64,000 nt of DNA from Blastocatellia bacterium (GCA_031409955.1 JANNYF010000120.1:10780-74779), one strand, 5' to 3'. Shown: positions 43,688 through 52,728, counted from the stretch's first letter. Made by a program: numbers and translations. The notes: generated by a model from the sequence alone, not told the origin.

Positions 43688-44956
43688 CTATTTGGTTTTT
43701 AGCAGCCGCAAATTGCGAAATCCGCTTTCGCTCAGGGCCTTTCCGCTTTGATCTTTGGCAATCACGCGCCAGCGAATAGTTTCCGCCTTATCCTTCAACC
43801 ACGACGGAGCGCGATACGATTTGATCCCACTCCGAAACCACGCGAACAAAAGGTTCTTGCCATTCGCATCCTGAATTTCCAACTCATAAAATGAAGCTTG
43901 CGCGACATCAGACCACGTGAAGTCAATCGGTCGCCGCGCGTCGAGCTGCACATTGTCGCGTGGCAATAACAGTTGCAAGGCAGCCGCCGTTGGATTCACG
44001 CCTTGCCCAATGCCGCCGATCACATAGCGCAACACTGGCAACGGAAAGCCTGCGACCGCGCCGCTATGAACGGTATCAGGACCAGCATTCACAGCGGTCA
44101 AATTGGAATCGCCTTCGCGGTCATCACTGGCTTCAATCCGCAATAAAATCAGGTACGTTCCTTCGACTTTGCGCGGCAACCGCGCGACCTCCGGGCCGGG
44201 CAAAATAACTTTGCCGACCGGCGGCAAGAACACATTGAAGCGGCTAAGTTGCGTGTAGCGTTTTTGCAATCCGCGCTCTTCAAACGGCAACGTCGCTTCG
44301 GTCAGCAAGTCGCGCTCATCGGGCAATTCTTCGCCAGGCAACACAATTTCCCAACGTCCTTTCAATCGGCCTGTGCCGTTGTACGTGATGTTGGCTTTGA
44401 GCGGCGGCAGCGGCTTGTCAGTTTCGGCAAACAGGATTTGCGATTCTTCTTTGCCAAACAACAGCTTTACGTCCGTCAGGGAAAACGGTACGCGCGCGCC
44501 GCCGCCTGACAAACGACACGTGACATCCACATATTGATCGGGGCCGCCCGTCGTGCTGACGAAGCGACGCACGTAAAAGAACCGCGCCTCTTCGCCGCGC
44601 GCCGCCGCCTGATACGCACGCCGCGCGACCGAAGCCGGAATGGACATCACATCGGTGTAGGCATTGTTGCCGCTGCGCTTGCTGCGATCATAGCGCGATG
44701 GCAGCAAGCCGTAGGTTGCCGCCGGATTGCACTTCAGGCCTTGATCGGGCGCAGCCGAAATCAAATCGCCACACCACGTCGCTTCCGCCGGGCTGTAATC
44801 GCGTAAATTGCCAAACGTCAAAAACACCGTCGTGGCACCTTGACTGTTAACGTTGACGCCTTTCGGATTGACAGCAATCGTCTGTGCGAAGCATTCCAGC
44901 CTCACGCCCAGAAACAGATAAACCAAAAACAAAATGATGACCGAGGTTCGATTCAC
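43688..44956 (-). CDS. Exported multi-beta-sandwich hypothetical protein, partner of the outer-membrane barrel
   Basis: GTG at 44956 with GGAAAGG RBS; signal peptide ending CFA-Q; C-terminal FN3-like FTWS....FYELEI...WRVIA. Confidence 0.7.
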   Translation of the reverse strand: MNRTSVIILFLVYLFLGVRLECFAQTIAVNPKGVNVNSQGATTVFLTFGNLRDYSPAEATWCGDLISAAPDQGLKCNPAATYGLLPSRYDRSKRSGNNAYTDVMSIPASVARRAYQAAARGEEARFFYVRRFVSTTGGPDQYVDVTCRLSGGGARVPFSLTDVKLLFGKEESQILFAETDKPLPPLKANITYNGTGRLKGRWEIVLPGEELPDERDLLTEATLPFEERGLQKRYTQLSRFNVFLPPVGKVILPGPEVARLPRKVEGTYLILLRIEASDDREGDSNLTAVNAGPDTVHSGAVAGFPLPVLRYVIGGIGQGVNPTAAALQLLLPRDNVQLDARRPIDFTWSDVAQASFYELEIQDANGKNLLFAWFRSGIKSYRAPSWLKDKAETIRWRVIAKDQSGKALSESGFRNLRLLKTK

Positions 44957-44973
44957 AGTAGTTACCTTTCCAA

Positions 44974-45069
44974 TGGGGAGGGCAGCGGAAGCGCGTGCCT
45001 GCTCTGACAAACTAAATTGCAGTGAAGTCGGTGCAAAAGCCATAGCACGCGCTTCCGCTGCCCTCTCCA
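44974..45069. repeat. REP-like long inverted repeat
   Basis: tggggagggcagcggaagcgcgtgc ... gcacgcgcttccgctgccctctcca (about 25-bp stem). Confidence 0.8.
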
Positions 45070-45071
45070 AA

Positions 45072-47231
45072 CTAAAAGAACGTAAAATTGATGCCCGCAT
45101 TCAACGTGTTACTTTTCGTCAAATTATTCGTATCAAAACTCCGATCAATCGTGCGCACGAAGAAGTTGGCATAACGAACAAAGAACTGTCCGCTGAACTT
45201 CTTGAATTGCTTCTGCCCAGCCAAAAACTTCCACGTCCACTGCGCATTGAATTCGTTCGTGAAGTTGTCGCTGATCTGCCCTAAATCAAACGCATTCAGC
45301 GTCGAAAGCGTTGCGCTCAACGCGGTGTTTTTCGTCACCTGCAAATTCGCATTGAAGCCGAAACGCCACGTCTGATCGCTGCGTTTGTTTTCGACATTGC
45401 GGGCGCGTTCGGAGTTCACGTCAAAGCTCAAATCCACCTTTTGATTCGGCGTGTAGCCAAAGGTGACGCCGTTGATTGTGTTGTATAAATCCGCGCTTTC
45501 GCGCCCGGTTTGCCGATTGTCCTGTGACGAACGATTGAAGCGATAGCCGGTGCGAAACTTCGTAAATTGCCATTCCGCCGTGAACGCCTGATTGATGCTC
45601 AACTGATTCGGCACCGTGCTGAGATCAAGGTCAAACCCGCCGTTCACCGGAATGGCTGCGCCGAATTGATGCACGCGGTCGTAGGTGAATCCCACACGCG
45701 GCAGCCAGGGCGAAGGCTTGTCGGCATTGCCGATGAACGCCTGCAACGGCGCATTGATCGCGGCGGCGCTGCGTCGTGTCAGGCTTTTCAAAATCGAAGG
45801 AATGTCCGCCAGATTGTCATTGAACCGCTGATGCGTCAGCGTGATATTCAACTGATCCAGATTGCCTGTCACGTCCCATTGATTATTAAAGCGATCCGCT
45901 TGCGTCGTGGCGGCAACGCTGCGAAACAATGGGTCTACGCGCTCGTGATGATACGCGGCGGTCAGCGTTGCTTTCTTCGATTTCGTGACCGTGATGTCTT
46001 TCAGAATATCGAAGCTGGCATCAATGAATTCGGCGTTGCGCGTAGTTTCCTGCACCTGCACGATGGGCCGACCTTGATTCAGCAGCGGGTCGGGCGGATT
46101 CGTGAAGCGGTTGCGTGTGAAGCCGCCATCGAATTTCGCGCGCTGCGATTTGTCGCTCGCAATCAGGCGAAAGCCGTAGCCCTGACTCTTTTCGGCGTCT
46201 GTGATTGCACTCTGATTGACGCCAGTTTGTGGCAGCAACGAGCCATCCATAAAACTCACCTCGGTGCGCAATCCGCCGGGACGTTCTTTCAGAAATTCGT
46301 GCCCCCACGATGCGCTGAACACTTGGTGATTGCGGTTGTTGAGGCCGAAGAAATTGCCGAAGCCGACAATGCTTGAGCCGTTCAAGGCCGCGACGGAAAA
46401 CTCATCCTGCTTGCCGACGGGAACGGTCAACGTCAGTCCACGCGAAGCAAAGCTGTTGATGAGATGGCGATTGCTGCCGAATGATGTGTGACCAGAAATG
46501 AACTTGCTGCGCCCCAGATTGAATTGCATCAGGTAATTCGCCAAATCTGTTCTCGGTGCGTCATTGCCCAACGTACCAAAGCGCAACGCTTCTTTGCGAA
46601 AGCTTGATCCCGCGATGTCGAATTGCATTTCGGAACTAAACTTGTCGCGCTTCATTTCGCCTTTCAAACTGGCTTGCAACGTCGTGTCCAAAAACTTCGG
46701 GCGTTCGGGTTTATTCGTATCTGGGAAATGCGTTTCTGCCGCTTGCGATTTGAAGCCCAGCGTTATCGAAGGCGTGAACTTCATCTTGCGCGTGACCACT
46801 GCTTCGGGCTGCGCAGTCGGATCCGTCGTAGCCGCAGCAACTGTCTGATTTGCCGCCGCCGCCACGCGCAATGAGAAATGCGCCAATGCTTTCCATTCGT
46901 CATTATTGGTCACGAGGTAAATCGTCACCTCGTTTTCGCCGACGGGCAGGGCGAATGGCGTGGGCAAATAGCTTACGCTGTCGGCCTTGCTCGTCAGCAA
47001 ATTCGTCACGTCGGTTGTTCCGATGACCACCGCGATTTTTTCGTCTTTGAGCGCGCGACTGAGCTTGAATTCCAACAACTCAGTCGGCGCTACTGATTCC
47101 TTCCCAGCAAAGCTTGGCGTGACGGTCAATGCGTCTTGCGCCAATAATGACAGGCTCAGCAGAGCCAGCCACAAGATGAACCAGGCTGCGGGCAGCATCA
47201 GCTTTTGTTCTGATTTCAGCCTGAAAGACAT
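45072..47231 (-). CDS. Putative outer-membrane beta-barrel protein with an N-terminal Ig-like domain
   Basis: Signal peptide; long run of alternating hydrophobic strands; terminal NAGINFTFF (BAM-type aromatic end). Confidence 0.72.
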   Translation of the reverse strand: MSFRLKSEQKLMLPAAWFILWLALLSLSLLAQDALTVTPSFAGKESVAPTELLEFKLSRALKDEKIAVVIGTTDVTNLLTSKADSVSYLPTPFALPVGENEVTIYLVTNNDEWKALAHFSLRVAAAANQTVAAATTDPTAQPEAVVTRKMKFTPSITLGFKSQAAETHFPDTNKPERPKFLDTTLQASLKGEMKRDKFSSEMQFDIAGSSFRKEALRFGTLGNDAPRTDLANYLMQFNLGRSKFISGHTSFGSNRHLINSFASRGLTLTVPVGKQDEFSVAALNGSSIVGFGNFFGLNNRNHQVFSASWGHEFLKERPGGLRTEVSFMDGSLLPQTGVNQSAITDAEKSQGYGFRLIASDKSQRAKFDGGFTRNRFTNPPDPLLNQGRPIVQVQETTRNAEFIDASFDILKDITVTKSKKATLTAAYHHERVDPLFRSVAATTQADRFNNQWDVTGNLDQLNITLTHQRFNDNLADIPSILKSLTRRSAAAINAPLQAFIGNADKPSPWLPRVGFTYDRVHQFGAAIPVNGGFDLDLSTVPNQLSINQAFTAEWQFTKFRTGYRFNRSSQDNRQTGRESADLYNTINGVTFGYTPNQKVDLSFDVNSERARNVENKRSDQTWRFGFNANLQVTKNTALSATLSTLNAFDLGQISDNFTNEFNAQWTWKFLAGQKQFKKFSGQFFVRYANFFVRTIDRSFDTNNLTKSNTLNAGINFTFF

Positions 47232-47255
47232 GGGGGTTTCTCCTGCTTTGAATAA

Positions 47256-48062
47256 TTAGGGATTGCCGCTCAAGGTGGTGGTAATCCGTTGTATGACCGT
47301 GAAAAAGGTTTCGACTTTGATGACCGCTTCGATGCGGACATCTGACAAACTGGCAACAGGCGAAGAACTCACGGTCAAGCGCGCCTGCCGGGTGCCGGAG
47401 CCAACGGTCGTCGTCGCCGTGCGCGTCCCTAACACTTGGGCGCCACGTTTATAGGTAAACGTGCCACTGACCTTGGATTGCTTTTCACTGACACTTGGCG
47501 CCAAACGAGCGCGCCAAAACACATCGAAACTCTTGAACCCGGAGCCATCTACAATCGTCACGTTCGTAACGGCATCGTTGGCGTTAGGAGTACTGCTCGG
47601 TCCTCCTGACGAGCCTTCCTGTTTGCCCAACGAAAACGTGCCGTTCAATTCACGCTTTTGCGTGGCAAGCGTGGTGAAAGACGTGACAATAGTCGTTTGG
47701 GCTACGACAAACTTGAGTCCATTGAGTGGCACCTGAAGCACGAGTTCACGGACGGAACCTGCGGCGGTTTGATTCGTAGTGGTGATCTTCCCCTCGGAAT
47801 CCCTCGTATTAAGGGAAATATCAAACCTCTCAAGCTTGGTGAGGTTAGGAACTTGCGCTGTCCATTTCACCCGCACCTGGTTGCCTTTACCCGGAATGGT
47901 TTTGGCTTCGGTAATTTGCACCGTGGGCGGCCCGGCTAAGTTCGGAATATCAATCGGATTGAGCGTCTTATCCGGCAGTTGCACCGGTTGCGCGACGGCA
48001 ACCAAGATCAGTCCCAGCAAGATTGTGGTGGCTGCGAGCCAGCTTCGTAATTGGTTAAGCAT
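47256..48062 (-). CDS. Secreted Thr/Ser/Val-rich two-domain beta protein
   Basis: Signal peptide then QPVQ; two V-x-W motifs; ends LSGNP. Confidence 0.7.
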   Translation of the reverse strand: MLNQLRSWLAATTILLGLILVAVAQPVQLPDKTLNPIDIPNLAGPPTVQITEAKTIPGKGNQVRVKWTAQVPNLTKLERFDISLNTRDSEGKITTTNQTAAGSVRELVLQVPLNGLKFVVAQTTIVTSFTTLATQKRELNGTFSLGKQEGSSGGPSSTPNANDAVTNVTIVDGSGFKSFDVFWRARLAPSVSEKQSKVSGTFTYKRGAQVLGTRTATTTVGSGTRQARLTVSSSPVASLSDVRIEAVIKVETFFTVIQRITTTLSGNP

Positions 48063-48074
48063 ACGTTCTCCTCA

Positions 48075-48953
48075 TTAAAAATTGCCGCTGACCTGCGCTT
48101 CCGCTGGTTGTCGGTTTGTCTGATCGCGTCGGCCTTTGATCGTGACGCTCGCTTGCATTTGCGTGAGCTTGCGTGGATCGTTGCGGAAGCGGCTGTCATC
48201 AATGTCAATTTCCACTTCCCGCAAGGCAACATTGCTCACCTGTTTTCCGCCACCTGCGCTAAATGTTTTGGGCGGATTCCCACCTGTAAAATTGAACCCA
48301 CCGGAAACACTAACCTGGAAGGAAACAAACGGGATGACTGGCGGCTTAACAAACCAGGTGACTTTGAAGCGGTTGGGATGCGTGGCTTGTTGCCCGGTTT
48401 TGATGATACCCGTGATTAAGATTTCTTGCGTATTCGACGACGCAGCGATGCCGGGCGCAGAGAAGTTGTTTTCCGGCGTCAGAATAAACTGTCGCTCCGT
48501 CGTAAACTCTTCCGCGTTGGCGAACTTGGGGTTGTAAAAAGCTCTGGCATTGGCCGAAAAACTTTTGAGCGGCACGGCGGGCAAAAGCTTGGCTGGCACC
48601 ACAACTTTTCCCTCACACGGAATCAATCCGCCCGACGGATTACTGCAGGTCGCCACCAGCACCTTGCTCGTCTTCGTAGACCCGTCAGCATAAGTCACGG
48701 TGAGGAACAAATCAGAAGTTCGCAACACGAGGAATTGCGGCACAAATACTTTCCACGTAGTTTTGATCTCAAACGAGGGCGACGCCCCGGGCTTAAAAGC
48801 AGGTGTGCCAACCACGATGTTTTCGACTCTTCCTTTGGCCCCAATTTGATCGCTGACATTGGGTACTTGCTGGACGGGCTGGGCGCTGGCAGTGATCGCC
48901 CAAGCCATCAGGATCACTGTCAGTTTCCATCCGCTTCGTCGTTTGTTGTACAT
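48075..48953 (-). CDS. Secreted two-domain beta protein
   Basis: Signal peptide then QPVQ; KTTWKV and KVTWFV; ends VSGNF. Confidence 0.7.
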   Translation of the reverse strand: MYNKRRSGWKLTVILMAWAITASAQPVQQVPNVSDQIGAKGRVENIVVGTPAFKPGASPSFEIKTTWKVFVPQFLVLRTSDLFLTVTYADGSTKTSKVLVATCSNPSGGLIPCEGKVVVPAKLLPAVPLKSFSANARAFYNPKFANAEEFTTERQFILTPENNFSAPGIAASSNTQEILITGIIKTGQQATHPNRFKVTWFVKPPVIPFVSFQVSVSGGFNFTGGNPPKTFSAGGGKQVSNVALREVEIDIDDSRFRNDPRKLTQMQASVTIKGRRDQTNRQPAEAQVSGNF

Positions 48954-48983
48954 AGTTTCTCCCGTGCAATGAATCAGAAACGC

Positions 48984-49466
48984 CTACTGTTTTTTGGTCA
49001 CGCCCGTGATGGCGACGCCGTCATCGGTTCCCGTGAAAAATGTTTCCTTGCCCTCATTCACGATGACAAAGCTGCCGTTGGTCGAAATCCCCAGCACGGG
49101 CAATTGCAGCGTCACAGTGCCGGTGCAATCGTCGTCAACCGTATACGTGCCAATGAAGCGGCCTTTGAACGGAATCCCGCCGAGATTCACGTTGTATGTC
49201 GCAAACAAGCTGCCACGCCCATCGAACGTGATTGGCCCGGCGGCAGTGATGGCTTTGCCCATCACTGTGCCGTGATACGAATAGCCATGCGTACCTTTCA
49301 TCGTGCGTGGTGAGCAAGGTCGGGCGTGATCGCGCTCAGAGTTTTGAGCCAAGCTCGATTGTTGTGCGTGCACGCGCGGTGCCTTGCTGAACGCGGCAAT
49401 GAAGGTCAGCATCAACAGACTGATGGTAGTGAATCCGACCGTGAGGGTTGTTGTTGTAGGTTTCAT
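48984..49466 (-). CDS. Secreted small beta-rich hypothetical protein
   Basis: AAGGAG RBS; signal peptide; CS..TMKGTHGY...TFDGRG...GTYTVDDDCTGT. Confidence 0.72.
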   Translation of the reverse strand: MKPTTTTLTVGFTTISLLMLTFIAAFSKAPRVHAQQSSLAQNSERDHARPCSPRTMKGTHGYSYHGTVMGKAITAAGPITFDGRGSLFATYNVNLGGIPFKGRFIGTYTVDDDCTGTVTLQLPVLGISTNGSFVIVNEGKETFFTGTDDGVAITGVTKKQ

Positions 49467-49538
49467 AAAGACTCCTTGAGTAAGATTTTTGTAACGCTGA
49501 TCGCCCACCCGAAAGCAGGCGGTCAGCGATTCTGCGGA

Positions 49539-50573
49539 TCACTTTTTATTGAATCCCACTTCAATGAAGACAGTGCTTGAAAGGATGAAACTGCATTGGG
49601 CCTGTCCATTGCAGGCGCTGGCATTGGGGTCATTGCCCGTAATGATGACCGATCTGACTGTGCTGCCAGCAGCGGGGGTAACTTGCAAAAATAACTTGGT
49701 GTCTCGCTTGAAAGTTCCTTTGGCAAACTGGCCGTTTTGTATGCCATCGGTCGTGATGGCTGGCCCTCCTTTGGGAGCGATAACAACCTTTCCGCTTCCC
49801 GGTCCCAACTTCTTCAGAGAAACATTGAACTCTGTCAGAGGCGGTGTTGGCTTGGGTGCAGGCGGCTTTTTGAAGACCGCTGACACTTCGGAGTTTGCGT
49901 TCAGGGTAAAAGCGCACGGGGCAGTTCCACCGCAAATCGAAGCCGCGCCAGACCCGTTGGAAAAGCTCTGAAAATTTTGCGTGCTGGCTTGAATCCTGAT
50001 TTGCGCCCCTTTTCTGAGGCGAAAATCACAACCGGAAAATGGATCGCGGTCATTGGGAATCGCGCATTTCACCTGTGAGATAATCGGGTCACCCGTCACT
50101 TGCACGTCTACGAAATCGCTGAAAGTGGGCTGAAGCATCTTCAGGTTAAATCGGAAGAACGGGTCTACGCCGGTACATTTCACCGCGAAGTCTGTCACTC
50201 TTTTTAAGGTCTGATTAGCAAATCCAGCGGTGATAAAGGCGGTTGCACTTACGGTTGTTGCTGTCTTCGGATTACAAGCAACATTGACTGTTTTCTGTTC
50301 ACCGGGATTCAGCGTTTGGTTGCTGCCTGGAATTGAAACATTGAAAGTGCCGGCGGGATTATTGGCAATGTTACCCCCGATTCTGATCTGTTGCTGGCTG
50401 GTATTTTTGACCGTTACGGGTACGGTCTTTCCCGCCTCAAATTCAACCGAGCCGAAATCCAATGAGGTCGGATTCACCGAAACAGTGGGGCTGCCTTGCG
50501 CGAAGGCCGCAGCCGTCAGCAGCAATAACCAAGCGGCGCTCAGACCAGCGATTTTCTTCAGTGTAGTGTTCAT
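49539..50573 (-). CDS. Secreted protein with an ASH/choice-of-anchor-D-like Ig domain and InlB B-repeat-like modules
   Basis: VNPTSLDFGSV...VTVKNT...LNPGE; C.G...C.F.L modules; AAGGAG RBS. Confidence 0.72.
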   Translation of the reverse strand: MNTTLKKIAGLSAAWLLLLTAAAFAQGSPTVSVNPTSLDFGSVEFEAGKTVPVTVKNTSQQQIRIGGNIANNPAGTFNVSIPGSNQTLNPGEQKTVNVACNPKTATTVSATAFITAGFANQTLKRVTDFAVKCTGVDPFFRFNLKMLQPTFSDFVDVQVTGDPIISQVKCAIPNDRDPFSGCDFRLRKGAQIRIQASTQNFQSFSNGSGAASICGGTAPCAFTLNANSEVSAVFKKPPAPKPTPPLTEFNVSLKKLGPGSGKVVIAPKGGPAITTDGIQNGQFAKGTFKRDTKLFLQVTPAAGSTVRSVIITGNDPNASACNGQAQCSFILSSTVFIEVGFNKK

Positions 50574-50604
50574 AGTGTTCTCCTTCTCTGTGGTTATATT
50601 CGGT

Positions 50605-50994
50605 TTAGAACGCATCCATCGTACAAAAATCATTGGGACTCTGACCGCAACCCCGGCAATCGCCGCGATTAGGCCCCAAGATGATGCCGCGACAATTGCC
50701 GCCAGAGCTGGAGCTATTGCCAGGACAGACGCCGCAGCCTAACCGCCCGACGAAGCGGCGCGTAGATTTCTCGCGCACCGCGAGCTTGCCGTCGGATTCT
50801 ACGATCAGTTCAAACTTGCCCGTGTCTTTCAGGCGAACACTGTTTTTCGCTGTTTTTTCCAGCACATCCCGGAGCTTCACGCTGGGAGGGCTATCTTTTT
50901 TGCTGGTCTTTTGTGTGAACGCGCCGACGAACGCGACCATCAGTACGGTGGTCAGAATGGAGAGCGCGAGTTTTTTCCAAGCTTGGTTCGACAT
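50605..50994 (-). CDS. Small secreted protein with a six-Cys C-terminal domain
   Basis: Signal peptide; CGVCPG...C...C..C...CTMDAF; AAGGAGG RBS. Confidence 0.72.
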   Translation of the reverse strand: MSNQAWKKLALSILTTVLMVAFVGAFTQKTSKKDSPPSVKLRDVLEKTAKNSVRLKDTGKFELIVESDGKLAVREKSTRRFVGRLGCGVCPGNSSSSGGNCRGIILGPNRGDCRGCGQSPNDFCTMDAF

Positions 50995-51024
50995 AAATGT
51001 TTCCTCCTTATTTGTGAGCAGTTC

Positions 51025-51396
51025 CTAAAATGGATCAATCAGACAGCCCGAACTGGTACAACTGTTACGTGGCACACAGGAGCCGCTGAGACGTGACCGA
51101 CAGGTTCCACCAGGGCAGGAACCGCATTTGACGCGGGCTTCCAACCGCCGTGTTTCTTTGCCTACGATCTGATCCACGACCCAACCTTCGTCAATCAACA
51201 CCAGTTTGAAGCCAGGTTTGGCGCGAATCTGGTTCGGGCCGACACGTTCGACTGCCTCTTTCAAGGTCACTTTCTTTTCGCTTTTTTTGCCCTGTGCCTG
51301 CGTGAAACTGCTGAGCGATAAGGCCACCATCAGTACGCCTGCAACACAAAGCAGCGAGGTTAACAATAGGTTCTTTTTCAGAGTTGTTCGTAACAT
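51025..51396 (-). CDS. Small secreted protein with a six-Cys C-terminal domain (paralog)
   Basis: Signal peptide; CGSCPG..C...C...C...CLIDPF. Confidence 0.72.
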   Translation of the reverse strand: MLRTTLKKNLLLTSLLCVAGVLMVALSLSSFTQAQGKKSEKKVTLKEAVERVGPNQIRAKPGFKLVLIDEGWVVDQIVGKETRRLEARVKCGSCPGGTCRSRLSGSCVPRNSCTSSGCLIDPF

Positions 51397-51439
51397 AACG
51401 TGACTTCCTTTCTAGCTTGAGGCCGGCTTGCGAAGAGGA

Positions 51440-52081
51440 TTACTTGGCGGCGATTTTGCCTTCAGCGCGGACGATGAAGATCAGTTCTTCGACGACTTTC
51501 TTTTTGTCCACGACCCGCTTATTGCCGGCGAATTGTTCTTCGTGATTGATGACGACAGGCTTGGAAAAGCCCACGACGGCGATGTCGCCTTGCTTATTCA
51601 CGATGCGGACGCGCTTGCCGCTGAGTGATTCGCCGTTCGGGACACTCACGGTTTCGGTCGTGAGCGAAAAATCCGCGATGACCGTTTTTCCGCCCACTGA
51701 GAGCTTGATCGGAACGGAGCTGAAGTCGAATTTCCCTGACGTCAAATCCGCCGTCAGCTTGCCTGCGCCTTGCAGCGCGGCGTTGAAGTTTTTGCCTTTC
51801 GCAGAAGTGCTGCTCCAAACGCGATTCGTCGTGAATTCCTTGCCACTGGCGGCGTCAATTAAGTTGCTTTCAAAACTCAACGGGCCTTCGGCTTTGTCAA
51901 TTTCCTGCCATTGTCCGTTGGGTAATTTCTTGCAGACTTTGATAGCGATCTTGCCGCTGAATTCGCGCTTCTTTGAGGCCGCGTGCAGCAGGAAGCCGCC
52001 CACGGCAATGAAAGCCGCGAGGGTTGTTATCACAGTGATACCGAGAATGCGAGATAGCTTGTTTTTTAGTTGCGGTTTCAT
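51440..52081 (-). CDS. Exported Lys-rich beta protein, first gene of the operon
   Basis: AAAAGGAGG RBS; hydrophobic N-terminal helix. Confidence 0.72.
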   Translation of the reverse strand: MKPQLKNKLSRILGITVITTLAAFIAVGGFLLHAASKKREFSGKIAIKVCKKLPNGQWQEIDKAEGPLSFESNLIDAASGKEFTTNRVWSSTSAKGKNFNAALQGAGKLTADLTSGKFDFSSVPIKLSVGGKTVIADFSLTTETVSVPNGESLSGKRVRIVNKQGDIAVVGFSKPVVINHEEQFAGNKRVVDKKKVVEELIFIVRAEGKIAAK

Positions 52082-52118
52082 GGTTGTTCCTCCTTTTGTT
52101 AACTAACTCATTTGGGTG

Positions 52119-52406
52119 GCATCCAGCTTCTTCAACTCACCACAGTGTTCTGCCCGAAGACTGCGTGTGACTGAAGAAGCTGGTGTCAGTCGCAGTCATC
52201 TTCATCGGCAGTGCTTGCTGATAGCTGCGACTTTTAGTAACGAGAGTCATTCGGGATAGGAGAGAGCGTCCCCGACGCCACAGACTCCCCCGAACCGGTG
52301 GCGTGTCGGACTCCCAACCATCCCGAATGATTCATCGCCCCATCCACTATCGAGCTGTTGGCAGCGGATGGTTACGCTCCTCCTGTCAAAGTACCTGTTC
52401 GGTACG
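52119..52406 (-). ncRNA. Candidate structured 5' leader (four or more consecutive hairpins)
   Basis: Stems 52123-52134/52172-52183, 52188-52195/52225-52232, 52244-52257/52320-52333 and 52340-52345/52366-52371. Confidence 0.5.
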
Positions 52407-52412
52407 CGCCAA

Positions 52413-52490
52413 ACATTACGTGGGTCAGGAACCAAAATCTTTAGGTTGGTTTGAGGTTTTCTTGAGATTTTTCTCTGCTCGTTTTGAAGC
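52413..52490 (-). promoter_or_regulatory. Promoter with 11-bp-period direct repeats (box B, homologous to box A)
   Basis: TTAGG/TGAGG/TGAGA/(mismatch)/TGAAG at 52441, 52452, 52463, 52474 and 52485; minus strand AAGATT-17 bp-TAATGT; 18 bp identical to box A. Confidence 0.75.
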
Positions 52491-52728
52491 CTGGAATATC
52501 GTTCAGTCCATTGGGCCTGTCGAATCTGCCAAGCCTGCCGAGTCTTTGAAATCTTTGGCTCTCCAAATTCGATGGATTTTAAAGATTCGATACGCTTTAT
52601 TTTTTAGATACTTGCCCCTCTTTCATAAAAAATTTAGAGGTCTTTTATGAATTCCATTCCCCAATCCGGTTATCATCCGATACGGACACCGCATCCCGAA
52701 ACTTGCAACGATTACACCCGGAGAAGTT

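Noticed and set aside
44957-45100. N-terminal extension of ORF 43688-45100
   Set aside because: It is the translated inverted repeat and overlaps the barrel gene; GTG 44956 has an RBS and gives a clean signal peptide.
50605-51396. RiPP (ranthipeptide/lanthipeptide) precursors
   Set aside because: They carry Sec-type signal peptides and no radical SAM, LanM or peptidase-transporter gene is adjacent; disulfides are more likely.
52247-52650. ORFs 52247-52435 (-) and 52303-52650 (+)
   Set aside because: Weak starts, no RBS or recognisable motif, and they overlap the promoter boxes and hairpins. A leader peptide cannot be fully excluded.
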